A stretch of 63,784 nucleotides of DNA, filler included, from Octopus bimaculoides (Eukaryota), in NCBI RefSeq assembly GCF_001194135.2. It is 4 parts of 4 records of this genome, joined end to end, with 100 filler letters (N's around TTAATTAATTAA, not from the genome) between each part and the next. Parts side by side here need not be neighbours in the genome. Positions count along the whole stretch, not along the records: positions 1 to 30,605 come from NC_068992.1; 3 more parts are not named here. The stretch is one strand, 5' to 3'. A program made the translations under genes and the position numbers. The notes beneath the pieces are model-generated. The model did not search any database. It had not been told where the DNA came from and saw only the letters and a list, made by a program, of their open reading frames with translations. Below are positions 1-13,154 of this stretch, piece by piece (the stretch's first letter is position 1; each line of letters opens with the position of its first letter).

Positions 1-60
1 TTATATCCATTATTCTCTTGTTATTACATTCACTACAATTTTCCACAATTTATCTCACCC

Positions 61-1029
61 CTTCCTACACGCACACATACCCACACACAAAAAATACACG
101 CACCCATACACACACATGTAAGCACACCTACCCCCCAACACACCACGCACACACAACACATATGCATGCACTTACACGCTAAGACTCGCCCACACACTTA
201 TACAAACGCACATACACACGCACACTTGCGCATACACACGCACGCTAACAATCACGCAAACATACACACACACACACCCAAGCATACACACCCTTGCACA
301 AATAACCCACATATACCCCCATTCACAAATCCCTCCCACACACCTGACAGCCCATACATACCCCCATTCGCACAAACCTCACATACCTCCCATACACCTA
401 ACACACACACCTTACATATATACCGCCCACACACATGACAAACATACGTGCGCGCTCTCACACACACATATAGACGAACGCACATACATACACACACACA
501 CACGCACAGTGGTAGAGACACACACCTTACACAGCTCTATACACACACACCCATATATACGCGCACGCCTACATACACAGCCGCATACACATGCACACAC
601 ATACACACAGGAGTGCACACACATACCTGGCACACATCCTTACGCTCTCACACACATACGCACGCACACACACATAAACACACACATACACACACGCACA
701 CACACACGCACACACACACCTCTCACATACACAAACACACACACACACATATATACACAACACACATACACATATACACACATGCACACACGCACACACA
801 CCTCTCACATACACAATACTTACTCATATACACAACACACACGCCCACACGAAAACATACACAATATACACATACACGCACGCACAAAAAATATACACAC
901 ACGCGCACACACACGCACACTGACACACACATACGGACACACATAAACACACATAAACACACGCGCACATACACACACACACCCGTACCTAACACTCACA
1001 ATCCCACACACACACGCACATCCACACAN
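61..1029. repeat. Degenerate (CA)n/(CACG)n low-complexity tract, followed by an N gap (1030-1808)
   Basis: Sequence is almost entirely AC/AT/CG dinucleotide runs. It explains the His/Thr- and Val/Cys-rich ORFs in the track. Confidence 0.95.
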
Positions 1030-1814
1030 NNNNNNNNNNNNNNNNNNNNNNNNNNNNNNNNNNNNNNNNNNNNNNNNNNNNNNNNNNNNNNNNNNNNNNN
1101 NNNNNNNNNNNNNNNNNNNNNNNNNNNNNNNNNNNNNNNNNNNNNNNNNNNNNNNNNNNNNNNNNNNNNNNNNNNNNNNNNNNNNNNNNNNNNNNNNNNN
1201 NNNNNNNNNNNNNNNNNNNNNNNNNNNNNNNNNNNNNNNNNNNNNNNNNNNNNNNNNNNNNNNNNNNNNNNNNNNNNNNNNNNNNNNNNNNNNNNNNNNN
1301 NNNNNNNNNNNNNNNNNNNNNNNNNNNNNNNNNNNNNNNNNNNNNNNNNNNNNNNNNNNNNNNNNNNNNNNNNNNNNNNNNNNNNNNNNNNNNNNNNNNN
1401 NNNNNNNNNNNNNNNNNNNNNNNNNNNNNNNNNNNNNNNNNNNNNNNNNNNNNNNNNNNNNNNNNNNNNNNNNNNNNNNNNNNNNNNNNNNNNNNNNNNN
1501 NNNNNNNNNNNNNNNNNNNNNNNNNNNNNNNNNNNNNNNNNNNNNNNNNNNNNNNNNNNNNNNNNNNNNNNNNNNNNNNNNNNNNNNNNNNNNNNNNNNN
1601 NNNNNNNNNNNNNNNNNNNNNNNNNNNNNNNNNNNNNNNNNNNNNNNNNNNNNNNNNNNNNNNNNNNNNNNNNNNNNNNNNNNNNNNNNNNNNNNNNNNN
1701 NNNNNNNNNNNNNNNNNNNNNNNNNNNNNNNNNNNNNNNNNNNNNNNNNNNNNNNNNNNNNNNNNNNNNNNNNNNNNNNNNNNNNNNNNNNNNNNNNNNN
1801 NNNNNNNNTTCCAT

Positions 1815-1941
1815 CTTTCCGACGAAGGGCTACGCCCGAAACGTCATGCACTCTCTCTTTCCTTTCCCGAGCGTCCAATAACACTATCCGTATCACGTCC
1901 TCACTTTGTTGTTTTTTGTTATTGTTTTTTGTGTTTTTTTA

Positions 1942-1945
<4 letters not shown>
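1815..1945 (+). mobile_element. Short repeat carrying a degenerate type-I hammerhead motif (Penelope/retrozyme-like), truncated by the gap
   Basis: CCGACGA-A-GGGC-tac-GCCC-GAAA-CGTC at 1819-1845. It shares TTCCCGAGCGTC, GTCCTC, a TTGTTGTTTTT run and a (TA)n tail with the 16412-16606 element. Helix I is disrupted. Confidence 0.6.
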
Positions 1946-1978
<33 letters not shown>

Positions 1979-2119
1979 TGTGTGTATGTATGTATATGTG
2001 TGTGCATGCGTTTGCGTGTGTGTGTGTGTGTGTACATATATATGCATGCACACACATGCAAACCCCATGTATATGTGAGTGTGCGTGTGTGGGTATACAC
2101 ATAGATTGTCTCTTCTTTG

Positions 2120-2265
2120 CGTCTATATTCCCCACCTGGACGGGCCTTTTTCCCGTACGATGTTAACTATTTTCTTCCATCGACACTGGACCAACATGAA
2201 GAGAAGTGCTTTGCTCTAAAACGAACCGCTTCGTCCGGTCCAGGTTTCGAAACCACAACCTTAAA
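2120..2265 (-). mobile_element. tRNA-derived SINE family C, degenerate fragment
   Basis: Shares CCCACCTGGACGGG and CCGGTCCAGG..TCGAAACCA with the longer copy at 36610-36862. Confidence 0.6.
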
Positions 2266-3355
2266 AACCATCCATGCATACATATATACATGAACAGTTA
2301 TATACATATTTATAAAGAGAGAGAGAGTGTGTGTCTGTGAGAAAGAGACTTTGAGCGTATTTTGTATTACTGTTATATAACAACTGTGTACTGTATAAAT
2401 ATGAGTACTGTAAGCATCAAAAAGTGTTATGGAAATGCAAGTAGTTGGTAATGGGTATCTTGTTCCGGTCTAACGCCTTGTATGAAAAGCATCGAATTTT
2501 CTTTGGATGTTTGTTAGTATTAGATACCAGTTAAGATATTAGACTTTCACTAAATATTTGTTTAAGCGACCAGCTATGAACAGAAATATGCAATGAAAAC
2601 TGTTAATATTTAATGATATAAAGCATAAATAGCCTCAAAGCATCTACGTATATCCATATAGTAATATTTTTGCAACTATTTTAACAAACACATTAATTCT
2701 AAAACAAATTTAAAGGAGTTATTACGTTAGATAAAGTAAATGTTTAAAAATTATTAAAAATATTCAATATATACATAATACTCGTTATAGTTGCAGCTAT
2801 TTTCCGCTGTTAGAATTTTCAGGCTTTAATAGGTTGACAATTCTAAATAAAATATAAATAAAAAATATCGGTCATTTAGTGAATAATTTTCTGTCGCTTT
2901 CATTCATATTTGCAGAGACTCTTCTGCTCATCTTTCGGTTTACCTTGCCATGCAGATAGTGGCCAACACGCCAGATGCCTAGTTTTTTTTTTTTTTTTAA
3001 ACATAAATCGGCTTTAAAATTCGTTAATAATTATCTAGATTGTTATTTCAGTAGCAGCTCGTAACCACGACAGAAAGTCCTTCCAGTTACGGATAAAGCA
3101 ATTGTCTTCAAATGAGTAACCGTAATTTGAGAACAAGTGGTGTACTTCGTGTTGAAATCCGATACAATGGAGATGGTATTAAATTTTCTTTTATTTATAA
3201 GTCAGAAAATTGATTAATGGATTAAGTAACTTAACTGTGTTTGAGATTACACAGCCACTTCCGTATTTCTTTATAGGAGTATTGAACTGAAATTCCAGAA
3301 AGGAACATAAAATCTCCTTTATAGAATAAACAATCGCGTCACTTGTATCGCAAAG

Positions 3356-3571
3356 TTCTTTTCCACTCTAGGCAAAGGGCCCGGAATTTTTGGAGAGGGG
3401 GCCAGTGGATTAGATCAACCTCAGTACGCAACTGGTACTTAATTTATCGACCCCGAAAGGATGAAACGCAAAGACGACCTCGGTGGAATTTGAACGCAGA
3501 ACGTAAAGACAGACGAAATGCCGCTAAACATTTCGCCCGGCGTTCTAACGTTTCTGCCAGCTCACCGCCTT
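3356..3571 (-). mobile_element. tRNA-derived SINE family B, full-length
   Basis: The reverse strand begins AAGGCGGTGAGCTGGCAGAAACGTTAG (A-box-like) and has a B-box-like GCGTTCAAATTCC. Homologous copies lie at 17909, 33887, 54290 and 63355. Confidence 0.85.
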
Positions 3572-4179
3572 CTTGTTTCGCAATGGTGGCAATTGCAGTT
3601 GGCACCATTCAGATATTGGTCTTCAAACATAATGAAAGTCTACATACAGAGTGAATACTCCTGATAAATATCCACAAAATTACTCTAAATCTAATTAGAT
3701 TTTAAGGCAAGTTTAGAATAAACTACACATGTCCGTCCGTCATACATCTGGAACGTAGGTTTAATGCGGATGACTTAAACGAGTTGAAATATGTGTATAT
3801 CGGAACCAGGTTTACGAAATTTTGGAAGTTATCATATTAAGGTTGCTTAAGAAGCGTGAATGGACGCAGTTTCAAAAATACACATTTAATATAATGGTTT
3901 TGTTTTGCAAGATTCTTGATGTGAAGCCATGTGTTGAAACAGATGTTGTTATATTTCAGGATGGTCATTTATTGGGGAAGGTCCCCCCCCAAAAAAGAAA
4001 CGCTGTACTATATATTTGTTCTTCACTTCAGCTTTATTATTGTTCACTTGAGTGTCAATTAATATTGCTTTCTGCAAATTATAATGCGCTTAATTAAGCC
4101 CAGGATGCTAAATTATGTTTGGTTTTGCCTTCTTAATTAACCAAGGGCTCATCTACTTGTTGAACTTTATAACCACACT

Positions 4180-4181
4180 TA

Positions 4182-4259
<78 letters not shown>

Positions 4260-4428
4260 CCTACCTGTCTGTCTGTCTATCTGTTTGTCTGTCTGTCTGT
4301 CTGTCGGTCTATGTATGTATGTATGTATGGATGGATCTATATACCTACCTACCAACCTACCTATCTGTCTGTCTATCTATCTATCAATCTATCTATCTAT
4401 TTACATACCTATCTACCTATCTATCTAT
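4180..4428. repeat. Compound (CT)n-(CTAT)n-(CTGT)n microsatellite
   Basis: Directly visible. It abuts the 5' junction of the Tx1-like LINE. Confidence 0.95.
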
Positions 4429-6199
4429 GGGGCTGGTGCATCCATGACAACCTCCATCTGATGCGCTACGTCATAGACAAAGGCAGTTAAGGAACCTGAC
4501 ATGGGTGGGGCCCTGGTCAATTTGGATCAATCCAAAGCTTTCGATAGGGGACACCACCGATAGTTGGAGGCTGTTCTTATAGCGGTTGGTTTCCGTCCCG
4601 TCTTCCGCGGCTGAATAACTGCTTTGTACAGAGGCATCCATTCAGTAATTCGAGTGAATGGACATCTTTCGAGACCTTTCTACATTGCACGTCCAGTCCG
4701 TAAGGGATACCTCCTCTCGTCGCTTCTGTACGTATTGACTCTCGAGCAACTACTGCGACGGTGAGGGGCATTCCGCGAGAATTGGGATTCGGGACGAGCG
4801 TATCCGCATACACGGACGAGGTCACCGTCATAGTGTGTAGCCAGGAGCACATCGCGAGACATTGAAAGACTACGAAGCGGTAACAGGAGCGAAAATCAAC
4901 CAGGAAAAATCAGTTGGCTTGCGGCTCGGCACCTGGAGAAAGAAGCCCAAGCCGTCCAACAGCGCCTCCGTCGTGGGACGCTGGACTGACGGTCCGGTCG
5001 AGTTGCTCAGGACATTGTTTGGTCTGGACCTCCAAACGGAGAAGCGCTGGGACGAGATAACGAGTAGAGAGGTCACTCTTGCCCGGCAATGGGCCGAGTG
5101 GAAGCTGTCCCTAAAAGGTCGAGCGGAGGTGCCGAACACGTACATCGCGTCCGTCATCTACTACCGCCTGACCGTCATGCCTTGTCTCGACCCTACCATC
5201 ACCAAACTAGAACGCATTCTCTCCCGCTTCTTGTGGGAAAGAAGCGTTCTGATGGTCAGGCGATCCGTTTGCTACCAACACCCGTTAAACTTAGGGCTGG
5301 TTGATGATGCGCAGACGCGGGCTGAGACTGCGACACCTCCGGTTCGGCGTAGACGATGGTGAACAGGTATGGCCTGGCAGTGCTATCGAGAAGCGGTACN
5401 NNNNNNNNNNNNNNNNNNNNNNNNNNNNNNNNNNNNNNNNNNNNNNNNNNNNNNNNNNNNNNNNNNNNNNNNNNNNNNNNNNNNNNNNNNNNNNNNNNNN
5501 NNNNNNNNNNNNNNNNNNNNNNNNNNNNNNNNNNNNNNNNNNNNNNNNNNNNNNNNNNNNNNNNNNNNNNNNNCACGTGTGAGACGAGTCAGTTTATCAA
5601 CCGAGTCTATCGTGAATATTGTCGCGCTTCCTTCCTTGAAACGGGAAGGAAGAGCCATTTTCATCGTACTTGTGGCTATGGCAAAATATGGTGGTCGCGT
5701 CTGAAAGGTCTAGAGACAAACACTTTCCTCTCTGGTGAATCTTTAATCAACTTTTTCAAGTATCACTTGAAGAGGAAGGTGAAAGTAGAGAGGGAAGTTT
5801 TGTCTAGTGAATGTTTCAAAAAAAGATGGGTGAATGTAGTAAGGATAGCACGTGTGAATGACGGAGCCACCTTAAACATAAGCCTATGAACCAGAAAAAG
5901 AAAGGAAAAAAGAGAGTCAGTTACTGTAATGCGTTTTTAGCATGACATTATTCCCCGAGGTTACTGTTGTCTTTTCCGTAGACTTTTCTTTTCACTGATA
6001 AAAACCTAATATGTTCCTTATTTTACACTATGACATTTCTGCGATACACAATCCCTATTGATCGGCTTCTCCACCTTTTTTTCACGATCTCTTTTGATCG
6101 AAATTCTCTCACCCATTTTTTCTTTCCTTTCGTAAAAGAAAATCTCTACTTCCTATATTGTCCCCTCTGTGTTCAGCCCTGTGTGGCGAATAAGGAATC

Positions 6200-6202
<3 letters not shown>
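4429..6202 (+). mobile_element. 5'-truncated Tx1/L1-clade non-LTR retrotransposon (RT domain, C-terminus and 3'UTR), pseudogenised, with an internal N gap
   Basis: RT motifs are readable across stops: LDQSKAFDR, a degraded QG-PLS box, SAYTDEVTV (YxDD box), TGAKINQEKSVGLRLG and KLSLKGRA..NTYIAS..YY...FLW. ORF2 ends at 5889. (TATC)n flanks both sides. Confidence 0.9.
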
Positions 6203-6261
<59 letters not shown>

Positions 6262-6586
6262 ATATTTATTGGTGTGTGTTGTGTTTCTATAAGTGATTGA
6301 ACTCATGTCCATCAATTATCTACAGACATTCTTATACATGTGCCACACCTTAATTTCACTATCATTACGAGGACAAAAACTAAAATGAAATTATGCAAAA
6401 ACCAGTTTAGGTGCTCTTTTATTTAATATAAAACGTGTTAAATAAAATTAAGTTTCATACGTAAATGCATTTTCATTCAGAAACACGCATGCGCATATGT
6501 ACACCTGCATACACCTATATATTTCCTCATCCACAAGTATACAGACACACACATGCTCATATATATATATACGTGTATATATATAT

Positions 6587-6650
6587 AAGGCGGTGCTCCA
6601 GCATGGCCACAGTCAAAAGACTGAAACAAGTAAAAGAGTAAAAGAGTATA
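6587..6650 (+). mobile_element. SINE family A, 3' tail fragment
   Basis: AAGGCGGTGCTCCAGCATGGCCACAGTCAAAAGACTGAAACAAGTAAAAGAGTAAAAGAG matches the ends of other family A copies. Confidence 0.8.
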
Positions 6651-7406
6651 TATATATATATATACATATATGAGATAAAGAGAGAGATGTATACGATATC
6701 AACGCTAAATATGCATAAAATGGCTGAAGCTCCCTCACACGCAGACGTACAAGTAGACACACAAGCACACACATACATACAGAGAAGCGCGGGCACACAG
6801 ACACACACTGATACATACATATAGTTTTTATGTATATATGTATGTATGTATGCATGTACCTATCTATCTATATGTGTGTGTGTGTGCGCGCGTGTGCGTG
6901 TGCGTGTGCGTGTGCGTATGCGTGTGTGCCTAGGTACATCTTTATATTAACTCGTGCGCATGGTCTCTGCATTGAGAGACAAAGTAAAATATTGCGCGTT
7001 TAATTGTCGAAATTTTTGCTTTATTCTGTTTTGCATGGACAGGTTTTCTTCCTAATTACGTTATACTAATGAAGCAACCTCATTAGCGAATTAATTTTAG
7101 TTTCGTATGAATTGTTTTTATAGAGCTTTATCAATACGACATTTGCATGTACGGAAGTCTGACGCTGATATATTTTCTTCTGGCACTAAATGCTGAGAAG
7201 TATCAATATATATGCTTGTATGGATGCCCATCATGTCATTGACGGTATCCGACAATATCGCATTCGTGAATATACAACGGTATACAAGTTTGAATATAGC
7301 GAAATATGTTTCTGGCTGTCGACCACAAATCATGTGTGATATCAGAAACATTTAACCCTGCTAAGTAGACAAAAGAAATATTTTTGTAAACTATACACCT
7401 GAACGT

Positions 7407-7448
<42 letters not shown>

Positions 7449-7769
7449 TAGATAGATAGATAGAGATAACTTCATGTTTGAGGCTCCGATGAGGATGTTA
7501 GTCAAGCGCACATCTATGAATTGGCTGCATCCGATAGCAGTAGCAGCTTTAAGCTGATGAAGTTCATAACATAATCGCTTATTACTTTGTCAGCTCTATC
7601 TCTCCCTTTTTCTCCCNNNNNNNNNNATGTTTGAGGCTCCGATGAGGATGTTAGTCAAGCGCACATCTATGAATTGGCTGCATCCGATAGCAGTAGCAGC
7701 TTTAAGCTGATGAAGTTCATAACATAATCGCTTATTACTTTGTCAGCTCTATCTCTCCCTTTTTCTCCC

Positions 7770-7824
<55 letters not shown>

Positions 7825-7839
7825 ATTCAAGAACGGTGA

Positions 7840-8557
7840 CCTAAAAAAGAAGACTTAAAGCCTAATCGTCGCTGCCCAGGCATTGAACACCAACTCAGTG
7901 AAAACTGGTATATACCACACAAGTGCAACAACCTCTGCTGAATGTGTGTGGGAAGAGTGTGAAAGCGTGACTCACATTGTTAGTGCGTGTGAAAGTCTTG
8001 CGCAGAAAGAATACAAGCGTAGACACGACAAGGTAGCCGAAAACCGTCACTGGCTTGTATGCCGAAAGTATGAGTATGAGGTAACGGGTGCTTGGTGGCA
8101 ACATACACCGGAGAAGGTAATGGACGAAAAGGCGAAGACAAAAATCCACTGGGACTTCCAGACACACAGGCTGAATATAGTAACCTTTAAGAGGAAGAAA
8201 CAAGGGTGCCAAATAATTGACATGGCGGTACCGCACGATCAACACATTATCATGAAAAAGAGAGAAACGATTGTTAAATATGGAGACCTGAGAATGAAAA
8301 TCGCCAAGACGTAGCAGCTACGAGAGTCAAGCATAAATGTTGTACTTGCTATCTGCGGAGCATTGGCTTTAATGCATTAGAAATACCCTACATCCTAGGT
8401 GTATTGCAAAAATCTGCATTATTTGGAACTGTACGCTTATTACGTAAAGTGCCGTCTGTCTGAGGTCGTTGTTCAGATTTGACAAACAATACAAACCCCC
8501 GGTGGACACAATACCGGCAACCAATGACAGCACGATATTGGATAGTGTGTAACATCT

Positions 8558-8560
<3 letters not shown>
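7840..8560 (+). mobile_element. R4/Dong-like (RLE-type) LINE, 3' fragment
   Basis: Reads C..CESVTHIVSACESLAQKEYKRRHDKVA (zinc knuckle), IHWDFQT..IIDMAVPHD (RLE nuclease) and LQKSALFGTVRLLRKV, then a 3'UTR and an (AAC)n(AAT)n tail. Confidence 0.85.
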
Positions 8561-8589
<29 letters not shown>

Positions 8590-8602
8590 GACAACGACAA
8601 CG

Positions 8603-8696
<94 letters not shown>

Positions 8697-8705
8697 TAAT
8701 AATAA

Positions 8706-9247
8706 AACCAGAAAGTGGTTTTCATGGCTTCTTATCTTAACTGATTGGAAGTGCTATCATGTATATTGATTTGTCTTGGTATAAAAGATGGGCTACAGCA
8801 AATATTCTACACAACAACACAGATTTGTTTGTCAGTTGCTTGATCTTCACCAGTTGAGCATGTCCTTTAGTGGCTGGCGATATGTGCATCTCTGATCAGG
8901 AGCAGAAGTAGTGGGGGAGCATCATAGTCATGTGTTGAGAGGAATTCTTTGGGGTTTGGATAATTCACCTTTGGAAACATGGGTATTTCGTTCGGCATCC
9001 TCAAATAGCCTTTATTCAAGGATCTTTTGAAAAGGATGCGCTACTCGACCTGAAGAAAATCCTAACTGGGCCCCACCTGCAAGGTCATGTGCTGTTTATC
9101 TTGATATGAGACCACTATGTCGCGCACATATGGTTGTGATGCATGTACCTGGTGTACCCTTATCAGACGGGTAGTCATGATGGTTATACTGGACTTCGTA
9201 TATTTTACCCCAGTGTCACTTTAACGGCATGCCCTGCTCTCTCACTC
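8706..9247. mobile_element. Unclassified ~540-bp putative interspersed repeat between (AAT)n arrays
   Basis: A complex, GC-richer segment bounded on both sides by (AAT)n, with no recognisable ORF. Its repeat status is inferred from recall of similar octopus sequence and from its position in the LINE stack. Confidence 0.45.
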
Positions 9248-9288
<41 letters not shown>

Positions 9289-9340
9289 TGATGATGATGA
9301 CGATGATGATGATGATGATAATAATAATAATAATAATAAT

Positions 9341-10091
9341 TGGAAGAAGAAAAAGGAAAGAAGTAGCAGCTTCCCATATATAAAGCAAATGAAAAAAGAG
9401 AATTAGACCAAAGCCAGACATACAAATACTTAGGAATCAATGAACTAGATACGATACAACACACATAAATGAAAGAGAAGATAAGAAAAGAATACTAGAG
9501 ACGAGTTAGATTAATACAGAAAAAAAGCTCAATCCAAAAAACAAGATAATAGGTATCAACATCCTGGCTGTCCCAGTTATATAGTTTCAGCTACAATATC
9601 CTTAATTGGACACTAAATAAACTAACCAAAATAAACAGAAAAACAAGAAAAATATGTCAATACACACAGAGATATTAAGGCCAATGAGCCGCATATATTT
9701 GTTAGATATCACCAACAAAAAGAACAATCGATGTAACAATACCAATAGATGACAATGGTTCTCTAAAAGAAACGCAGAGACTTTCAAAATACGCAGATCT
9801 GGAAATAGAGGTAACTGAAATGTGGAGCCTAAAAACAGAAATAATTCCTATTATAGTACGTGCATTAGGTATGATGAAAACATATTCAGACAAATACATA
9901 ACAAAAACCCCAGGACTTACAAATCTATATAACATACAGAAAATAGCATTACTAGGCACCGCACACATCCTACATAAAACACTTTCAATACAGTAAAAAT
10001 AAGAGCATCACAACAAAACAACACATACCCAAAGCACACAGAGCTGGGCTCGGTAGTGCAGTGAAACCACATTATAGAAATAAGACTATTG
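9341..10091 (+). mobile_element. R4/Dong-like LINE, 5'-truncated and internally deleted
   Basis: TYKYLGINE..MKEKIRKEY.RRVRLI..KNKIIGINILAVP joins at ~9658 directly to the nuclease region (IHT..IKAN; KYADLEIEVTEMWSLKTEIIPII..QKIALLGTAHILHKTLSIQ*). An (AAC)n(AAT)n tail follows. Confidence 0.85.
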
Positions 10092-10094
10092 AAT

Positions 10095-10200
<106 letters not shown>

Positions 10201-12389
10201 TATACCACTCGGTGCATGAAAGACTAGCAACCCAATTAAATAAGTGTGTCCAGAAAAGTACAGTCCCCGCGTGGATGGTAACTGGGAGGACAACACTTGT
10301 AATGAAAGGTAGAAGAAAGTGGAATATTGTGAGAAACTACCGTTTCATAGCATGCCTAAACATAATCTGGAAGATGCTCACTAGAATATGTGCGGCAAAC
10401 ACATATACTTTGCTGGCACAGAAAGAAATACTACCAAAGGAACAAAAAGGATGTAGGAGGAGTTCTCAGGGTGCCAAGGATCACCTGGTCATCGATAAAG
10501 CAGTTTTAAGGCATTGTAAAAAAACATCATGCAAATATATCTATGGCTTGGATTGATTTTAAGAAGGCATATGATATAATGCCTTATTCTTGGATCGTGG
10601 AATGTCTGCAGATGTTTGGTGTTGCTGACAACATCACAAATTCTCTGATGCATAGTATGAGAGTGTTAAAAACCAAATTGTACTCAAGTAATGTATTCCT
10701 TGGAGAAGTTAATATTAAAAGGGGAATCGTCCAAGGTGATTCGTTTTTTCCGTTACGTTTTGTAATTGCACTAATACCTATAACAATGACACTGAGGAAA
10801 TTTAAGATGGATTACCGATGTGGGAAGAAAGGACCATCACTGAACCATCTTCTGTTTATGGATGACCTGAGATTGCTTGGGAAATCTGAAAAAGAGATAG
10901 ATTCCTTAACCAAAACAATCTAGGAATTTGATAGGGACATCGGTATGGAATTTGGGATCACCAAATGCTCAGTACTTAATATGAAAAGCGGGAAGAAAGC
11001 AGCCTGCAGAGGATTGCGGTTAACATCAGGAGAAACCATGGGTGAACCCGACAGAAGTGAGTATAGATATTTAAGGAATTTAGAGCTGGATGCCATTCTA
11101 CACAGAGAAATGAAAGTCAAGGTCAGCGAGGCGTATCAAAAAAGGGTGAAGATGGTGTTGAAATCCAACCTGAATGCCAAATATTTGATTACCGCAATGA
11201 ATATCTGGGCAGTTGCATTGGTCAGATATAGTGCGTCCGTCCTTAAATGGACTAAGGAGGAAATATCAACACTCTTATACGAGGACGAAAAAGTTAATGA
11301 CGCTGCATGGTACGTTACACCCTAAATCAACCTTAAAGAGACTGTATATGAAAAGAAAGAATGATGGCAGAGGACTAATTAGTATTGACCATTGTATAAG
11401 GAGTGAGAGGAGAACGCTTGCCGAGTATTTGATAAATAGTGCTAAAGACCTTCTGCAATATGCCGCGAAAGATATGGGTGTAAACGCAGATGAAATGATG
11501 GGAAAGGAAGAGTTTAGCGAAAGTCCTGAAGAGAAGAGAAAAGAAGACCTTCTTGAAATGAGAATGCATGGAAAGTTTGAAAGGAATACACAAGACGTTA
11601 AGCATAATACAGCATCATGAGCATGGCTTGAGCGAGGTGATTTGAAGCGTACCACCGAAAGCCTGATCATTGCTGCACAAGACCAGGCTCTCGCTACCAA
11701 TTCAGTGAAGTATAACATCTATAAAACTTCTAACACCCAGAAATGCAGACTCTGTAAAAAAATGTGGAAAATGTGACCCACTTGATAAGTAGATGTGAGA
11801 GCCTTGCACAAATATAATACAAACGCCGCCACCATATAGTGTGTGTGTATCTTCATTGGCTCTTATGCCGTAAATACCAATATGAAGTAACATGGAACTG
11901 GTATGAGCATGTACCAAGTCAAGTTATGAAGGAGGATGGAAAGGTAACGATACTGTGGGACTATGATTTTCAGACGGATTGTGTAAACGAACACTGTTGG
12001 CCGGATGTTGTCATATTGAATAAGAGAGACAAATACTATCAGATCATTGATGTAGCCATACCAAATAACATGAATGTTGTGAGTAAAGAGGTTGAAAAAC
12101 TCACCATGTACTCCGAATTGAAAGTGGAAATAGCAAGACTGTATGGAATGCGAGAGGGTAATGTAAAAGTGATACCACTGGTGATTGGAGCGTTGGGCTC
12201 AATACCATTGACACTTGAAGACTTCTTAAGGCAACTGGAAATCCCATGCAAGATTGATGTCTTGCAAAAAGCAGCCTTATTGGGCACAGCACACATCGTA
12301 AAGAAAGAATTATCTGTATGAGGTCCTTGTTGTGACTTGACAGATAATTAAAGACTCCGGTGCATGTTTACCTACGCTGTGTTATGAAC

Positions 12390-12391
<2 letters not shown>
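10201..12391 (+). mobile_element. R4/Dong-like LINE, 2.2-kb 5'-truncated copy with RT, CCHC and RLE domains, broken by frameshifts and stops
   Basis: Motifs include NYRFIACLNIIWKML, EQKGCR, AWIDFKKAYD, GIVQGDSFFP, LNHLLFMDDLRL, CRLCKKNVENVTHLISRC, WPDVVIL..IIDVAIP and LQKAALLGTAHI. (AAT)n lies on both flanks. Confidence 0.93.
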
Positions 12392-12460
<69 letters not shown>

Positions 12461-13154
12461 GTAATAATAATAATAATAATGATAATAATGAGATATTTAA
12501 TTTGTGTAACAATTTTTAGAAACAATCATCAGTTCCAATATATAAATCATTAAACATGAAATTTTAAAATCATTATTTTATTTCCGACGTATATGTATAA
12601 CGTTTCGATAACCATTTTTAAGTACAGAGGTTTAGATATAAATATGGATTACTTTATTTTGTATTTCATTGTCAAATGTAAGTTTAGATACACAATTAAT
12701 TATATAGGTTTTATTTTCCTGCACAGTTCTCTATATATTGATAGAGTTCAATTTAAACAGATCGGTGTCGTTTATCATCTCAACTGTTTTCATTCAATAA
12801 ATAGCGGAAATAAACTAGTCCGTTGTTAGTTTATTTGTTACGATTAAACATAAATCATGGTTTTAAACTGACAGTCAATGGATTAAATCATCCTGTAATA
12901 CGACAGAAATCAATAACAAATGTTGTTTTTGTTTTTCTTCTTCATTAAATATAGTAAAAACTATAGCAAAGTATATATATAAAACAAGAATATTGATGCT
13001 GATATCATTTTCTGTCGTATCAAGATATTTAAATTCAGACGACATGTTCGCTTAAATATTTTCTGAACACACTACAATTTAGTTTTATTATATATTTGAT
13101 CAAATCTTTTTCATATCTATCCCTTTTAGATATATAGGTGCAGGCGTGGCTTTA

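Noticed and set aside
448-1896. Long ORFs spanning N runs (also at 39-40, 48, 52, 54-55 and 60-61 kb)
   Set aside because: They stay open only because N codons and dinucleotide repeats lack stops.
7466-7770. Exact ~145-bp tandem duplication around a 10-N gap
   Set aside because: Identical copies flanking a minimal gap are typical of unmerged contig overlaps, so this is probably an assembly artefact.
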